Source: Promethearchaeota archaeon (GTDB lineage Archaea > Asgardarchaeota > Lokiarchaeia > Sigyniarchaeales > SOKP01). From it: DNA of 64,000 nucleotides. Of the stretch, positions 31,328 to 41,065 are shown one piece after another. Location of the stretch: the NCBI GenBank assembly GCA_016839705.1, contig JAEOTR010000019.1:60285-124284 (forward strand). The letters are read 5' to 3'. Under the pieces are notes generated by a model. It worked only from the letters and a program-made list of their open reading frames with translations, did not search any database and had not been told where the DNA came from. Both the position numbers and the translations under genes were made by a program. Numbering within the stretch: the first letter of the stretch is position 1; each line of letters starts with the position of its first letter.

Positions 31328-31954
31328 CTACAATTTTGAAGATCTATTATCATTTTCGAAACATTGTTTTAAATCATTCATTTGAATTGCTAGAGATATG
31401 TCTCCTCTAGTTTTTTCAATGATATTCCTAGCAACGTCAACTTTATGTCTTAAATCTTGAGTAACGCCAACGGGATAATCAACAGAGAATAGGATTGTAT
31501 AAATCTCGTCCATACTCTCTAAAACAATATTTAATTCATTTGTTTGAGAGTTTCTAATATTATCTAACGCATATCTTCTTAATTCACCAATGACGTCTGC
31601 TAATCCAAGAGCAAAATTTATAGGACTTATTTTCAGCTCTGAAGGTGGGGGTATTTCTTTATTACTAATAATTGAATAAAAGACTATTAATTCTGTATAT
31701 TCCTGCTCTGGTGTCTTCAAGAATTTAGAAAACACCGCAGGATTCTTATTAACCAAGTTATTTAAGGTTTCAAGATCGATTTCAATTTTTTTTTTTTTCT
31801 CTTGAAACATACTGAATTCTTTTCTATGAATATTTTTGATACCTATACTGCAATCTCGAACGATATTTCGAGATAACCGTAAAATTTTTTCTCTACTATT
31901 ATAAAGTGCATCAAATAAGTTAGATATTTCTGAAAAAGCTTTTTTAAGGTTCAT
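31328..31954 (-). CDS. Translin/Trax (C3PO) family nuclease
   Basis: REKILRLSR, QEYTE and GLADVIGELRR acidic active-site motifs; LRHKVD. Confidence 0.88.
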   Translation of the reverse strand: MNLKKAFSEISNLFDALYNSREKILRLSRNIVRDCSIGIKNIHRKEFSMFQEKKKKIEIDLETLNNLVNKNPAVFSKFLKTPEQEYTELIVFYSIISNKEIPPPSELKISPINFALGLADVIGELRRYALDNIRNSQTNELNIVLESMDEIYTILFSVDYPVGVTQDLRHKVDVARNIIEKTRGDISLAIQMNDLKQCFENDNRSSKL

Positions 31955-32074
31955 GATGGTTCAAATAAATTTTAGTAACAATTATTTTGAACTTATAATT
32001 ATCTATCAGAAGTAATCAAAATATTTAGAATTTATTATAAACTTAAGGTAAACAAACAAAAAAATTGATCTCAT

Positions 32075-34135
32075 ATGAAAATCTTATTAATTCACTCTCA
32101 AGATGTTGAAGTTATCAAAAACAAAGAAGCAACTTCTAATCCTCAGGAGTTTTCAGAAGATTTCATAAAGATGGAAGGTTTAGTCTTAGTTTGTTATGTA
32201 TCAGTTGAAGATCAAGATACTTATGATACAAATCTAATTGCAAAACAGGGTGCTGAGGAAATTGAGGCAGCTATCTTACAAATTTCGGGTTTTCCAGAGG
32301 TTATTAGAGGACGAAATGAAGAAATTAGAAATTACAATAATAAAATTGAGAAGAATGAAATAAAGGGAAAGCCAAGAAAATTGCTAGAATTAATCATGGA
32401 TCACAGTAAGTATCGAGTAGATAAGGTCCTCGTTTATCCCTGGGCCCATTTGAGCAAATTTTTGAGTAATGAGGCAAATGCTATGGAAGTTTGTCCAAAG
32501 ATTGCAAAAATTTTACAAAATAAAGGAATTGAAGCAAAATTTTCACCTTTCGGCTGGTATAAGTCATTTAAAATTAATTGTTTAGGACATGAATTAGCTG
32601 AAATGTATAGAGATGTCAAACTAGCCATTAAACCCGAAGAACAAGTTAAAAATTCAACATTTAAGATAATTACCGAGTCAGGTAAAGAAATTGATTTAAA
32701 ATTTGATGGACAAAATAAACTTTTACCCTTAAAAGAAATTACTGATAAGGATTTTAACTTGTTTCTAAAATCCGAGTTAGGATCTAGAATAGTAGATAAA
32801 GCCGTTGAACCTGCTCATATAAAAGTGATGAAAGAGTTTGAGCTCATTGACTTCGACAGAAATTCTGATGCGGGTAACCTTCGCTGGTATACCAAGGGTC
32901 TCATTATGAGGAATTTAATTAAAAATTTCGTTGAAGATAGAATAATAGATTATGGAGCAATTCTTATTGACACTCCAATAATGTATACCGTAAAAAACAA
33001 AAAATTAACTGCTCAAACCGCCCGTTTTCCTGCAAGAAGTTATTGGCTTGAATCTGGAAAAGAGAGATTCATTTTGAGATATGCTAGTGATTTCCTTTTA
33101 TTTGACCTTTTCTCTCAAATGAATTTAAAACCCCAATATTTCCCTCTAAGAGCATATGAGTATGAACAGTATGATTTTCGACGTGAACAAGAGGGAGAGC
33201 TTTCAGGATTAAGGAGATTACGAGGTTTTATAATGCCTGATATGCATACACTCTGTAAGGATATAGATTCTTCGATTGATGAATTTAAAAAGCAATACAC
33301 ACTGATTAGAAAATTAGAAAATGATTTAGGCATAAAAACTTATGCGATTTTCAGAGTTACGCAAGAATTTTATAGTGAAAATAAAGACTGGATTATTGAT
33401 TTAATTAAAACTGAAAAACAACCAGCCTTATTAGAGTTATGGGAAGACAGATATTATTATTATGTATTAAAATTTGAAAGGAATGTATTATCTGCTGAGA
33501 ACAGAAGTGCTACATTAGCTACAAATCAAATTGATGTAGAAAGTTCATTAGAATTTATGGTTGATAATGATGGAGAAAGAAGGCAAAAGTATAACATTTC
33601 CTTCACTGATTCCGATGGTCAAGTAAAACATCCTATAATCCTCCACAATTCACCTACGGGAGGTTTGGAGAGGGTTTTATGGGGCTTAATAGAATCTGCC
33701 ATTCGGAATAAAGAAACATTAGTACCTGGTTTTAAAACGTGGTTATCTCCTATTCAAGTACGTATTATTACTGTTTCAAATGAACAGAATGAGTATGCTA
33801 AAAGAATCCTTGATATCATTAATGGACAGTCATATAGATGTGATTGGGATGACCGTGAAGAAACCGTTGGGAAAAAAATAAGGCAATCTGAAATTGAATG
33901 GATCCCTTATACTGTTATCCTCGGTAAAAAGGAGCAGGATAACCAATCGGTATCTATTAGAAAAAGATTAATTGGTGAGCCCATTGGACCAAAGAAGCAG
34001 ACATCTGAACAAACAAATGATGTAAAATTGGATAAATTATTAGAAATGCTCGAAGATGATACAAGAAATTTTCCTAAATATAAATTACCAAAACCGTTTA
34101 GAAAATTTTCTACAAAGGTTTATTTCAGAAAATGA
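32075..34135 (+). CDS. thrS: Threonyl-tRNA synthetase, archaeal type with N-terminal editing domain
   Basis: MKILLIH, YPWAHLS, PFGWYKSF, FRREQEGE..GLRRLRGF and MPDMH. Confidence 0.97.
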   Translation: MKILLIHSQDVEVIKNKEATSNPQEFSEDFIKMEGLVLVCYVSVEDQDTYDTNLIAKQGAEEIEAAILQISGFPEVIRGRNEEIRNYNNKIEKNEIKGKPRKLLELIMDHSKYRVDKVLVYPWAHLSKFLSNEANAMEVCPKIAKILQNKGIEAKFSPFGWYKSFKINCLGHELAEMYRDVKLAIKPEEQVKNSTFKIITESGKEIDLKFDGQNKLLPLKEITDKDFNLFLKSELGSRIVDKAVEPAHIKVMKEFELIDFDRNSDAGNLRWYTKGLIMRNLIKNFVEDRIIDYGAILIDTPIMYTVKNKKLTAQTARFPARSYWLESGKERFILRYASDFLLFDLFSQMNLKPQYFPLRAYEYEQYDFRREQEGELSGLRRLRGFIMPDMHTLCKDIDSSIDEFKKQYTLIRKLENDLGIKTYAIFRVTQEFYSENKDWIIDLIKTEKQPALLELWEDRYYYYVLKFERNVLSAENRSATLATNQIDVESSLEFMVDNDGERRQKYNISFTDSDGQVKHPIILHNSPTGGLERVLWGLIESAIRNKETLVPGFKTWLSPIQVRIITVSNEQNEYAKRILDIINGQSYRCDWDDREETVGKKIRQSEIEWIPYTVILGKKEQDNQSVSIRKRLIGEPIGPKKQTSEQTNDVKLDKLLEMLEDDTRNFPKYKLPKPFRKFSTKVYFRK

Positions 34136-34758
34136 GTCAAATTAAATGTATTATTTTTGATTTAGGTGGAGTTATAGTAGATTTTGATTTCTCAAATTTT
34201 TATAATAGTATTATCACTCAATCTCCGGTAAATAAACCTCAAACTCCAATTATCCTTGAATTTTTTCGTCAATCAGATATTTATCACCAAGGTTTAATAA
34301 ATGATAAGGAATTTTATCAGTTGGCGTGTGATCTACTCCAAGTTTGTGAAATCGATCAAGAACACTTCTTTACTGCTTTTAATAGCATAATCTCAGGATA
34401 TAATTCTGAAATTGTAGAAATAATAAAGAAAATAAAGGAGGATACTAATATAAAACTTATTTGCTTATCAAATGTAAATTCTAGTCATTGGGAATTCCTT
34501 TTAAATAAAAAATGGGATTTTTTTGATTATTTCGATGAATTTATTTTATCTCATAAAGTCCATATGACTAAGCCTGATGAAAAAATATTTCATTATGCTA
34601 TAGAAAAAGCGGGATGTAATCCTGAAGAGATTATGTTCATAGATGATGGTTTAAATAACATCCGCTCAGCGGGTAAATTGGGTATAATCGGGATAAAATT
34701 CACAAATAAAGAAAACCTGGTTGAAGAACTTAAAAATCTTCAAATTTTAGAAAATTAA
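34132..34758 (+). CDS. HAD-superfamily phosphatase (YihX-like)
   Basis: FDLGGV, LSN, KPDEKIF and FIDD motifs. Confidence 0.9.
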   Translation: MSQIKCIIFDLGGVIVDFDFSNFYNSIITQSPVNKPQTPIILEFFRQSDIYHQGLINDKEFYQLACDLLQVCEIDQEHFFTAFNSIISGYNSEIVEIIKKIKEDTNIKLICLSNVNSSHWEFLLNKKWDFFDYFDEFILSHKVHMTKPDEKIFHYAIEKAGCNPEEIMFIDDGLNNIRSAGKLGIIGIKFTNKENLVEELKNLQILEN

Positions 34759-34779
34759 ACAATCCTTTAATTTGACAGT

Positions 34780-35304
34780 TTATATTTCCCCTGCGTCCTG
34801 AAGGCACGCTCTAGCAACTATTTCAAATGCTTTTTCTACGTTTTCCCCTGTTTTTGCTGAGGTTTCAAGATAAGTACAACCTAATCTTTTAGCAGAATCT
34901 TCTGCTTCTTCTTGATCAACCTCTCTTTCCAAATCAACTTTATTGCCTATAAGCAGCATAGGTATAGTTCTTTTTATCGTTTTTTTAATTGAGCTAATCC
35001 AACCTGGAATTTTTAAAAGAGTTTGACTAGATGATAAATCAAACACACCAAGTGCGCCATTACTGCCTTTAAAATAAATAGTACGGAGTTTATGGAACTG
35101 AGGCTGACCTCCTATATCCCATAAGAGAAGACGGACTTGTTTTCCGTCGATATCTACATCCTTTATCAAGAAAGTACTACCAATTGTTTTTTTTAAATCA
35201 TCTCTAAAATAATCCTTAATATACCGTAATAATAAGCTTGTTTTACCCACACCTCCCGGTCCAAACAAGGTTATTTTGAATTTGTATTGTCCAATCCCAG
35301 ACAT
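34780..35304 (-). CDS. Rab-like small GTPase (Ras superfamily)
   Basis: G1 GPGGVGKT, G2 TIG, G3 WDIGGQ, G4 NKVD and G5 ETSAK. Confidence 0.95.
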   Translation of the reverse strand: MSGIGQYKFKITLFGPGGVGKTSLLLRYIKDYFRDDLKKTIGSTFLIKDVDIDGKQVRLLLWDIGGQPQFHKLRTIYFKGSNGALGVFDLSSSQTLLKIPGWISSIKKTIKRTIPMLLIGNKVDLEREVDQEEAEDSAKRLGCTYLETSAKTGENVEKAFEIVARACLQDAGEI

Positions 35305-35489
35305 TTTTAATCTCCTTGAAAGAATTTAATACTTGGTGTAATTTCTTAATTATTCAAATTTATTAATAATTCAAATGAATTAAAATATCATTTTATTCTT
35401 TGATTATAATTTAAATTATCTTTTTAAGATATTTATATCTTTATAATAAAGCTTATTGATTTTTTAAAATCCAATATGTGAAATCCTTA

Positions 35490-36749
35490 TCAATTATTAT
35501 TCTTTTTTTTCTCTCTACTACCGAGTTTACTCATTAGCCATTCCGGTGATCCCACGCCATTAAAAAATTTATGCCAAATATACATCAGCAAGCCCAAAAA
35601 TCCACTATAAGCGGCAAACACAAAACACGCAAATGTGATTGGAAACTGACCAAGATATAGGGGAAGAAACATAAATTGAATAAGAAAAAGGCTGAGAGAA
35701 ACATTCCCAAAGAAAATCAGCATTTTTATAAAAACATTCTGTTTATTTTTAATGTCGATATAATAAAAGCTTACTGCGATTATTATTAATGATGCGCCTA
35801 GATTAAAATACATATTTTGGGCAGAACTCCTTATTGTGAACATTAGCATCCCTGGAAATTGATAATCTATCACATTATTATTAGTAATTGTCAAAAGATT
35901 AATATGCAAATACTCGGAAGATACAATGGTACCTCCTAATGATGTAGGATTTAATATTGCCCAACCAGGTTCCCATTGATCTAATCCCAATCTTGGGACC
36001 CAAATAAAAAGTCCTATTAATATCAAACCAATACCATAAGCAACAAACTTGCGAAACAATCTGTAGTAAGCCTCTTTTGTACTTTTCATCATTGTTTCAA
36101 AAAGATATTCACCAAATATCGTCGATATAAAGCACACTGCAATCCATGGGAGAAATGGTACTTGTGGGAGGGGTGAGGTTATGATGAAATGTAAGATATT
36201 CACCCCAAAATTTACATCTTTGAATTGAAAGAGTACTTCTCTGATCCAAGGAGAGATGAAAATTATTACGAATCCTGATACTGCACGTGTCCTTTTACTA
36301 AATTTTAATGCATAATATGAAAAAATTTGAGAAAATCCAATAAACATGAGGATATTCCACCCCCATAAATTTGCAGGAAATGGAAGAGATTTATTCTCGA
36401 TAAATAATGAAATTGGATTAAAAATTGTCCCAATTATGATAATTGCTAATCCTCTTGTAAAAATTCGGTTACGTATTGGTTTATCTGACCTTGCAATCTT
36501 CTTTCGTTTAATACTAAAAACTACACTGAGAGCAGAGAGAAAAACGAATAATGAAGGTCCGAGTATATCCAGATATGTAAAAAGAAGTCCGTACATATAT
36601 CTCCAGTCATCATCAAACCAACTTAAGGCCGCATGAGCCCAAATAATAAAACCTAAAGCAAGTCCTTTTACGAAATCAATTGAAGCAATTCTTTTTGTGG
36701 GTGAAACTTCCTCATTATTATCTATGTATTTCTCGTTTATAGTTGACAT
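35490..36749 (-). CDS. HGSNAT/DUF1624-like transmembrane acyltransferase, paralogue 1
   Basis: RIASIDFVKG, LDILGPSLFVFLS and PFLPW; about 11 TM segments. Confidence 0.75.
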   Translation of the reverse strand: MSTINEKYIDNNEEVSPTKRIASIDFVKGLALGFIIWAHAALSWFDDDWRYMYGLLFTYLDILGPSLFVFLSALSVVFSIKRKKIARSDKPIRNRIFTRGLAIIIIGTIFNPISLFIENKSLPFPANLWGWNILMFIGFSQIFSYYALKFSKRTRAVSGFVIIFISPWIREVLFQFKDVNFGVNILHFIITSPLPQVPFLPWIAVCFISTIFGEYLFETMMKSTKEAYYRLFRKFVAYGIGLILIGLFIWVPRLGLDQWEPGWAILNPTSLGGTIVSSEYLHINLLTITNNNVIDYQFPGMLMFTIRSSAQNMYFNLGASLIIIAVSFYYIDIKNKQNVFIKMLIFFGNVSLSLFLIQFMFLPLYLGQFPITFACFVFAAYSGFLGLLMYIWHKFFNGVGSPEWLMSKLGSREKKKNNN

Positions 36750-36884
36750 ATTTGATCAGACTCTAGGACTTATTATTTATTTGAAGATTTATAAGATAAA
36801 AAACCTTCCTATTGAATTTTCCTAGATCATATTTTAAGAAGAAAGAGAGATTAATTGTTAATATTTGCTCTTCGAGAATTTTCT

Positions 36885-38180
36885 TTATCTTAAAATTTGT
36901 TTTGGAATGTTTCTATAATAAATTATTAATAGAAAGTAAACAAGCATTAGCAATATCAATCCTCCAAGATTAAATGGGAATATTTCATAAGTCAAATAAA
37001 AAATCCCCCAAAATCCCACAGCAAGTGTCGCAAGTAGATAGTAAGAATATTTTACAGAATTGTATAACTTAAAATCTTTATGAAAAAGTATGAAAAAAAT
37101 TAAGAATGGCATTAATACTACAAGATGATGAGGCCATGTGTCAAAATAGGCAATTAACATTACTAATATTCCCACTAAATATCCATCAATTAAGGAAATA
37201 GACTGGTTTGAGTTTTTAAACATTATTATAAATATTGGAATCAAAATTAGTAAAGTGATTAATATAAAAATTAAAAACCCGTTAACATCCATATTAAGAA
37301 GGTTAAAGAGAATTAAAATAATTCTAGTTAGACTAAATGATGGATTGATTTCCACAGCGCTTTCAATTGTGTAGGTATAACCTCCAGTGAGATTAACGTC
37401 GATAAAATCTTTTAACATTTGTGGAAAAATCATGAAATACAAACCAGAGATCATTATTAAAATTATAGGGCCTGCCAATCGAATAAAAGTTTTTTTCAAA
37501 TCAAAATGAATTTTCTTAGTTGTTCTGTTGTAGTTTAACACCATTACAAAGGGTAAAATTAAAATTAAAGTAGGACGAATTGAAATTGCTAATCCTAATA
37601 AAAAGCCTCCTATCAATTCCTTCCTAAAACCTCCTTTCAGGAAATAAAAGAGAGAAGAAAGGATGAGAACAGAAACTAATAAGTTAATCTGTCCTAAAAA
37701 AAAATTCATAAATTGTGGTAACATTATTAAGAAAACAGCACTTTGATGAAGAACTGATTCATTTTCTGCATTATCAAAGAGATCTCTAAAATTATTTAGT
37801 TTATAGTTGAAAGTATGGTTATTATACAAGTTCTGATAAATCTGAATAATCTTATAAATTAGATATATCAGTAAGAGGTTTAGACAAAAATTGAAAATTT
37901 GGAATATAAAATAACCTATTTTTAGGCCTAAAATTGAAAATGGTGTAAAAAAATAAGCAGAAAGAGGTAAATACCTAAACGGAAAGGGAGAAAGCGTTGA
38001 ATTGTATAAATTAGGTAAATCTTCCAAAACATTTAAACCAGCATAATGGAATGATAAATAATCATTTTCATTAATATTCATTAAAGGATTATCTAAAAAA
38101 TAAAAAAAAATGAAAGTTAAAACTAAATAAAAAGCATTAACTGTGTATGCTAAAAAAAAAAATATTCGTGTTTTATGCAT
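36885..38180 (-). CDS. GT87/DUF2029 family membrane glycosyltransferase (GT-C fold)
   Basis: ND...F, FRYLP, FLGQIN, GLAISIRP and WPHH motifs; polytopic. Confidence 0.75.
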   Translation of the reverse strand: MHKTRIFFFLAYTVNAFYLVLTFIFFYFLDNPLMNINENDYLSFHYAGLNVLEDLPNLYNSTLSPFPFRYLPLSAYFFTPFSILGLKIGYFIFQIFNFCLNLLLIYLIYKIIQIYQNLYNNHTFNYKLNNFRDLFDNAENESVLHQSAVFLIMLPQFMNFFLGQINLLVSVLILSSLFYFLKGGFRKELIGGFLLGLAISIRPTLILILPFVMVLNYNRTTKKIHFDLKKTFIRLAGPIILIMISGLYFMIFPQMLKDFIDVNLTGGYTYTIESAVEINPSFSLTRIILILFNLLNMDVNGFLIFILITLLILIPIFIIMFKNSNQSISLIDGYLVGILVMLIAYFDTWPHHLVVLMPFLIFFILFHKDFKLYNSVKYSYYLLATLAVGFWGIFYLTYEIFPFNLGGLILLMLVYFLLIIYYRNIPKQILR

Positions 38181-38222
38181 TAGAAATCTGGTTTAATTTA
38201 TTTAATAAAAGATTTTGAATGG

Positions 38223-39623
38223 TTATTCATCTCTGCCATCTTTACTCAATTTCCTCATGAAATCTTCCATTTTTTTAACTTTTTCTCGCTTTTTAATTTT
38301 TGCATACATCATTTTTGTTGTTTTCTTAACTGCTTCACCTGATTTTTGACCTACTCTACCGATTTGTACCATTAACCATTCAGGAGACCCTACACCTTTA
38401 GCGTATTCCATCCAAATATACATAAAAACACCTAAAAATCCAATGTAAGATAGGCTAACGATGAGGAAGATGAGTATGCTAAATTGATTAAAAAATAGAG
38501 GGATAAATATGAAGTGAATAAGAAATAAGCTAAGGGATGTTTTGCCGAAATAAATTAATACGCTAGTAATGTTATTGTATTTATTTTTAATATCTATGAA
38601 GTAAAAGAAAATAGCTATAATTAATAATGCAGCACCTTGGTTATAAAACATGTTCGCGCTTGTTCCTCTTATTAAAAAATTTGGCATCCCTGGAATTTGG
38701 AAAAAATCTTGTTGATTGGCATAAAGTAAATTAACTAAATGAGGATATTCAGAAAGACCGCCGATTATTGATGCGGGAGTCTCTAACGTCCATCCTGGCT
38801 CCCAAAAAGTAAGATTCAGCCCATCAGGAAAGAAGGCGAATATTCCAACCAAGATAAAAATTATACCCCAGACAAAAAATATTCTAAACAAACCAATATA
38901 TGCATCCTTAGTACCTTTGTTCATGGCTTCATAGATATATTCCCCAAAGATTGTAGAAATAAAAGCAATTGAAATCCAGGGGAGTAAAGTCAAATGAGGT
39001 GTTGGAGAGGTAATGATATAATGGAAAATGCTTAAGAAAACATTTCCTTCAACTTTTCCAAGATAAAGAATAGCTCTTAACGTAGGAGAGAGAAGGATTA
39101 TTAAAAGCCCAATTATGATACGATTTGATTTCTTAATTTTTAAAATATAATAAGAGAAAATTTGAGAAAAACCAATAAATGTAATTATATTCCAACCATA
39201 AATGGCAATCTTTATTTCTCCTCCCTCAATGATTAAAACATTTGTGAGCATTCCTATTACAATCATCACAAGCCCACGAGTAAAAACTCTATTTCGAATG
39301 ATTTTAGGATGAACAATACCTTCCTTCCGTTTAATGCTAAAAATTACACTTAGTGCTGAAAGGAACACAAATAAAGAAGGTCCTAAAATGTCTAATAAAC
39401 CAAACATTATTCCATATACGTAGTATGAATCTGGTGCTAACCAACCACTCGCAGTATGAGCTAATATAATAAAAACGATTGCGAATCCTTTAACAAAATC
39501 AATTGACAGAATACGTCTGGGTGAAGCATAATCTCTAATATCCTCAAGAGGAATTTCTTGTCTTAAATAATTAAAGAGAGGTGGTGATTCTGTATCTATC
39601 TCTGTATTAATTTGTGAAGTCAT
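38223..39623 (-). CDS. HGSNAT/DUF1624-like transmembrane acyltransferase, paralogue 2
   Basis: RILSIDFVKG, LDILGPSLFVFLSALS and GVGSPEWLM, all closely shared with 35490..36749. Confidence 0.75.
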   Translation of the reverse strand: MTSQINTEIDTESPPLFNYLRQEIPLEDIRDYASPRRILSIDFVKGFAIVFIILAHTASGWLAPDSYYVYGIMFGLLDILGPSLFVFLSALSVIFSIKRKEGIVHPKIIRNRVFTRGLVMIVIGMLTNVLIIEGGEIKIAIYGWNIITFIGFSQIFSYYILKIKKSNRIIIGLLIILLSPTLRAILYLGKVEGNVFLSIFHYIITSPTPHLTLLPWISIAFISTIFGEYIYEAMNKGTKDAYIGLFRIFFVWGIIFILVGIFAFFPDGLNLTFWEPGWTLETPASIIGGLSEYPHLVNLLYANQQDFFQIPGMPNFLIRGTSANMFYNQGAALLIIAIFFYFIDIKNKYNNITSVLIYFGKTSLSLFLIHFIFIPLFFNQFSILIFLIVSLSYIGFLGVFMYIWMEYAKGVGSPEWLMVQIGRVGQKSGEAVKKTTKMMYAKIKKREKVKKMEDFMRKLSKDGRDE

Positions 39624-39757
39624 ATCAACTTGATTTTATAGTTTGTTAGTTTTTAATAATCTAAGAAAAATTAATATTTTCAAAATTTATTTAAATATTA
39701 TTCTTTTGGAATTTTTATAGTTTTTCAAAAATGTAGCTTAAACTAAATTGATTTTTT

Positions 39758-40180
39758 ATGCCACTCAACAAAAAAATTGTTAGTTTTTTGTTATTAGGAT
39801 TAATTGGTCCAATTCTCCTCATATTATCTGAATTTTTTCCGTGGTTCTCAGGTTATAATTTATTTGAGCTATTTATAATCACAACCTTTGCTGAAATTGA
39901 AAACTCTTTTTTATTTCTATTCCCATTAATGAGTGGAATTGTGTGCTTAATAGCTAATATGTTAGCAATATACAAGGCAGAGTTTAAAATAAAAACGGTT
40001 ATCTTATCTTTGGTTGGTTTAGGATTTCAGCTAATATTTTTTATAGATTATATTATACAAGAATTAGGATTTCTCTCTAACTCTGGTGTTGGAGTTTATT
40101 TAGGAAGTTTTGGTTTTTTTCTGGTTATTATTAATATTATAAGTATATTAACAAGAATTGAAAAAGATTCAGGAGGTTAA
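39758..40180 (+). CDS. Hypothetical membrane protein (about 4 TM)
   Basis: Hydrophobic 140-aa ORF directly abutting the next gene. Confidence 0.65.
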   Translation: MPLNKKIVSFLLLGLIGPILLILSEFFPWFSGYNLFELFIITTFAEIENSFLFLFPLMSGIVCLIANMLAIYKAEFKIKTVILSLVGLGFQLIFFIDYIIQELGFLSNSGVGVYLGSFGFFLVIINIISILTRIEKDSGG

Positions 40181-41065
40181 TTGACTATCAGTAAGGAAAG
40201 AAAACAAAATTTCAAAAAGAAAGATGTTGATGTTGAATCCAGCTTTTATTATGCATTAAGTCATGAAATCCGCAGAAAAATAATTAAGATTATAGGAGAT
40301 AATGAATTTACCTCTTTTACTCATCTTAAAAATGAATTGAATGTAAGTACAGGCACAATCTATCATCATTTAGAGACATTATCATCGTTAATTGAACAAA
40401 AACAAGATAAAAAATATTATTTAAAAGAATTGGGAACCTATGCGTATAATTCCTTAAAAGACAATATTGAAACAATCAAAGCTCCTCAGAGGGAATTCAA
40501 ATCCGCATTCTTAAATAAGTTAATGGTGTTAACTTCAAAAAGGTTCATAACATTTAATAAAAAAGATCGAATCTATACTCTTTTAATATCAATTGGCATC
40601 ATCATAATCGGAACGATTTTCTGTATTTTAAATGATTTCATTTCCTTCTTTCTCTTTTATATTGAAATTAATTCTGAGAATTTGGATTATATTGTTCAGA
40701 TTTTAATAAACCTAAGTTTTATTTTAAATTTCCTTGCTTTCTTTGCTATAATTGAAATAGTATCTCGCTTATTTTACAAGAAGACTGAAAATACATTGAA
40801 GCTACTTGCATCCTTTGCGTTAATTCAGTTTCCAATGATAATTTATCTAATAATTAATTTTATCTTTAAATATACTGCATTAACGAGTTTGAATGTAGTC
40901 AATTTCATTGATCAAATTTTAATGATTGTTTTTCAAGCATGGTCAATATGGCTACTATCCTATACTTTGAGCGTGAAGAAGGGATTAAAGATTGAAAATA
41001 GCTTAATTATATCTTTATTGCTACATTATGGTGGTTTTACTTTAATTTTGCTTACCTTCATTTAA
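40181..41065 (+). CDS. ArsR-like winged-helix protein fused to a multi-pass membrane domain
   Basis: ALSHEIRRKII...SFTHLKNELNVSTGTIYHHL, followed by about 5 TM helices. Confidence 0.8.
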   Translation: MTISKERKQNFKKKDVDVESSFYYALSHEIRRKIIKIIGDNEFTSFTHLKNELNVSTGTIYHHLETLSSLIEQKQDKKYYLKELGTYAYNSLKDNIETIKAPQREFKSAFLNKLMVLTSKRFITFNKKDRIYTLLISIGIIIIGTIFCILNDFISFFLFYIEINSENLDYIVQILINLSFILNFLAFFAIIEIVSRLFYKKTENTLKLLASFALIQFPMIIYLIINFIFKYTALTSLNVVNFIDQILMIVFQAWSIWLLSYTLSVKKGLKIENSLIISLLLHYGGFTLILLTFI

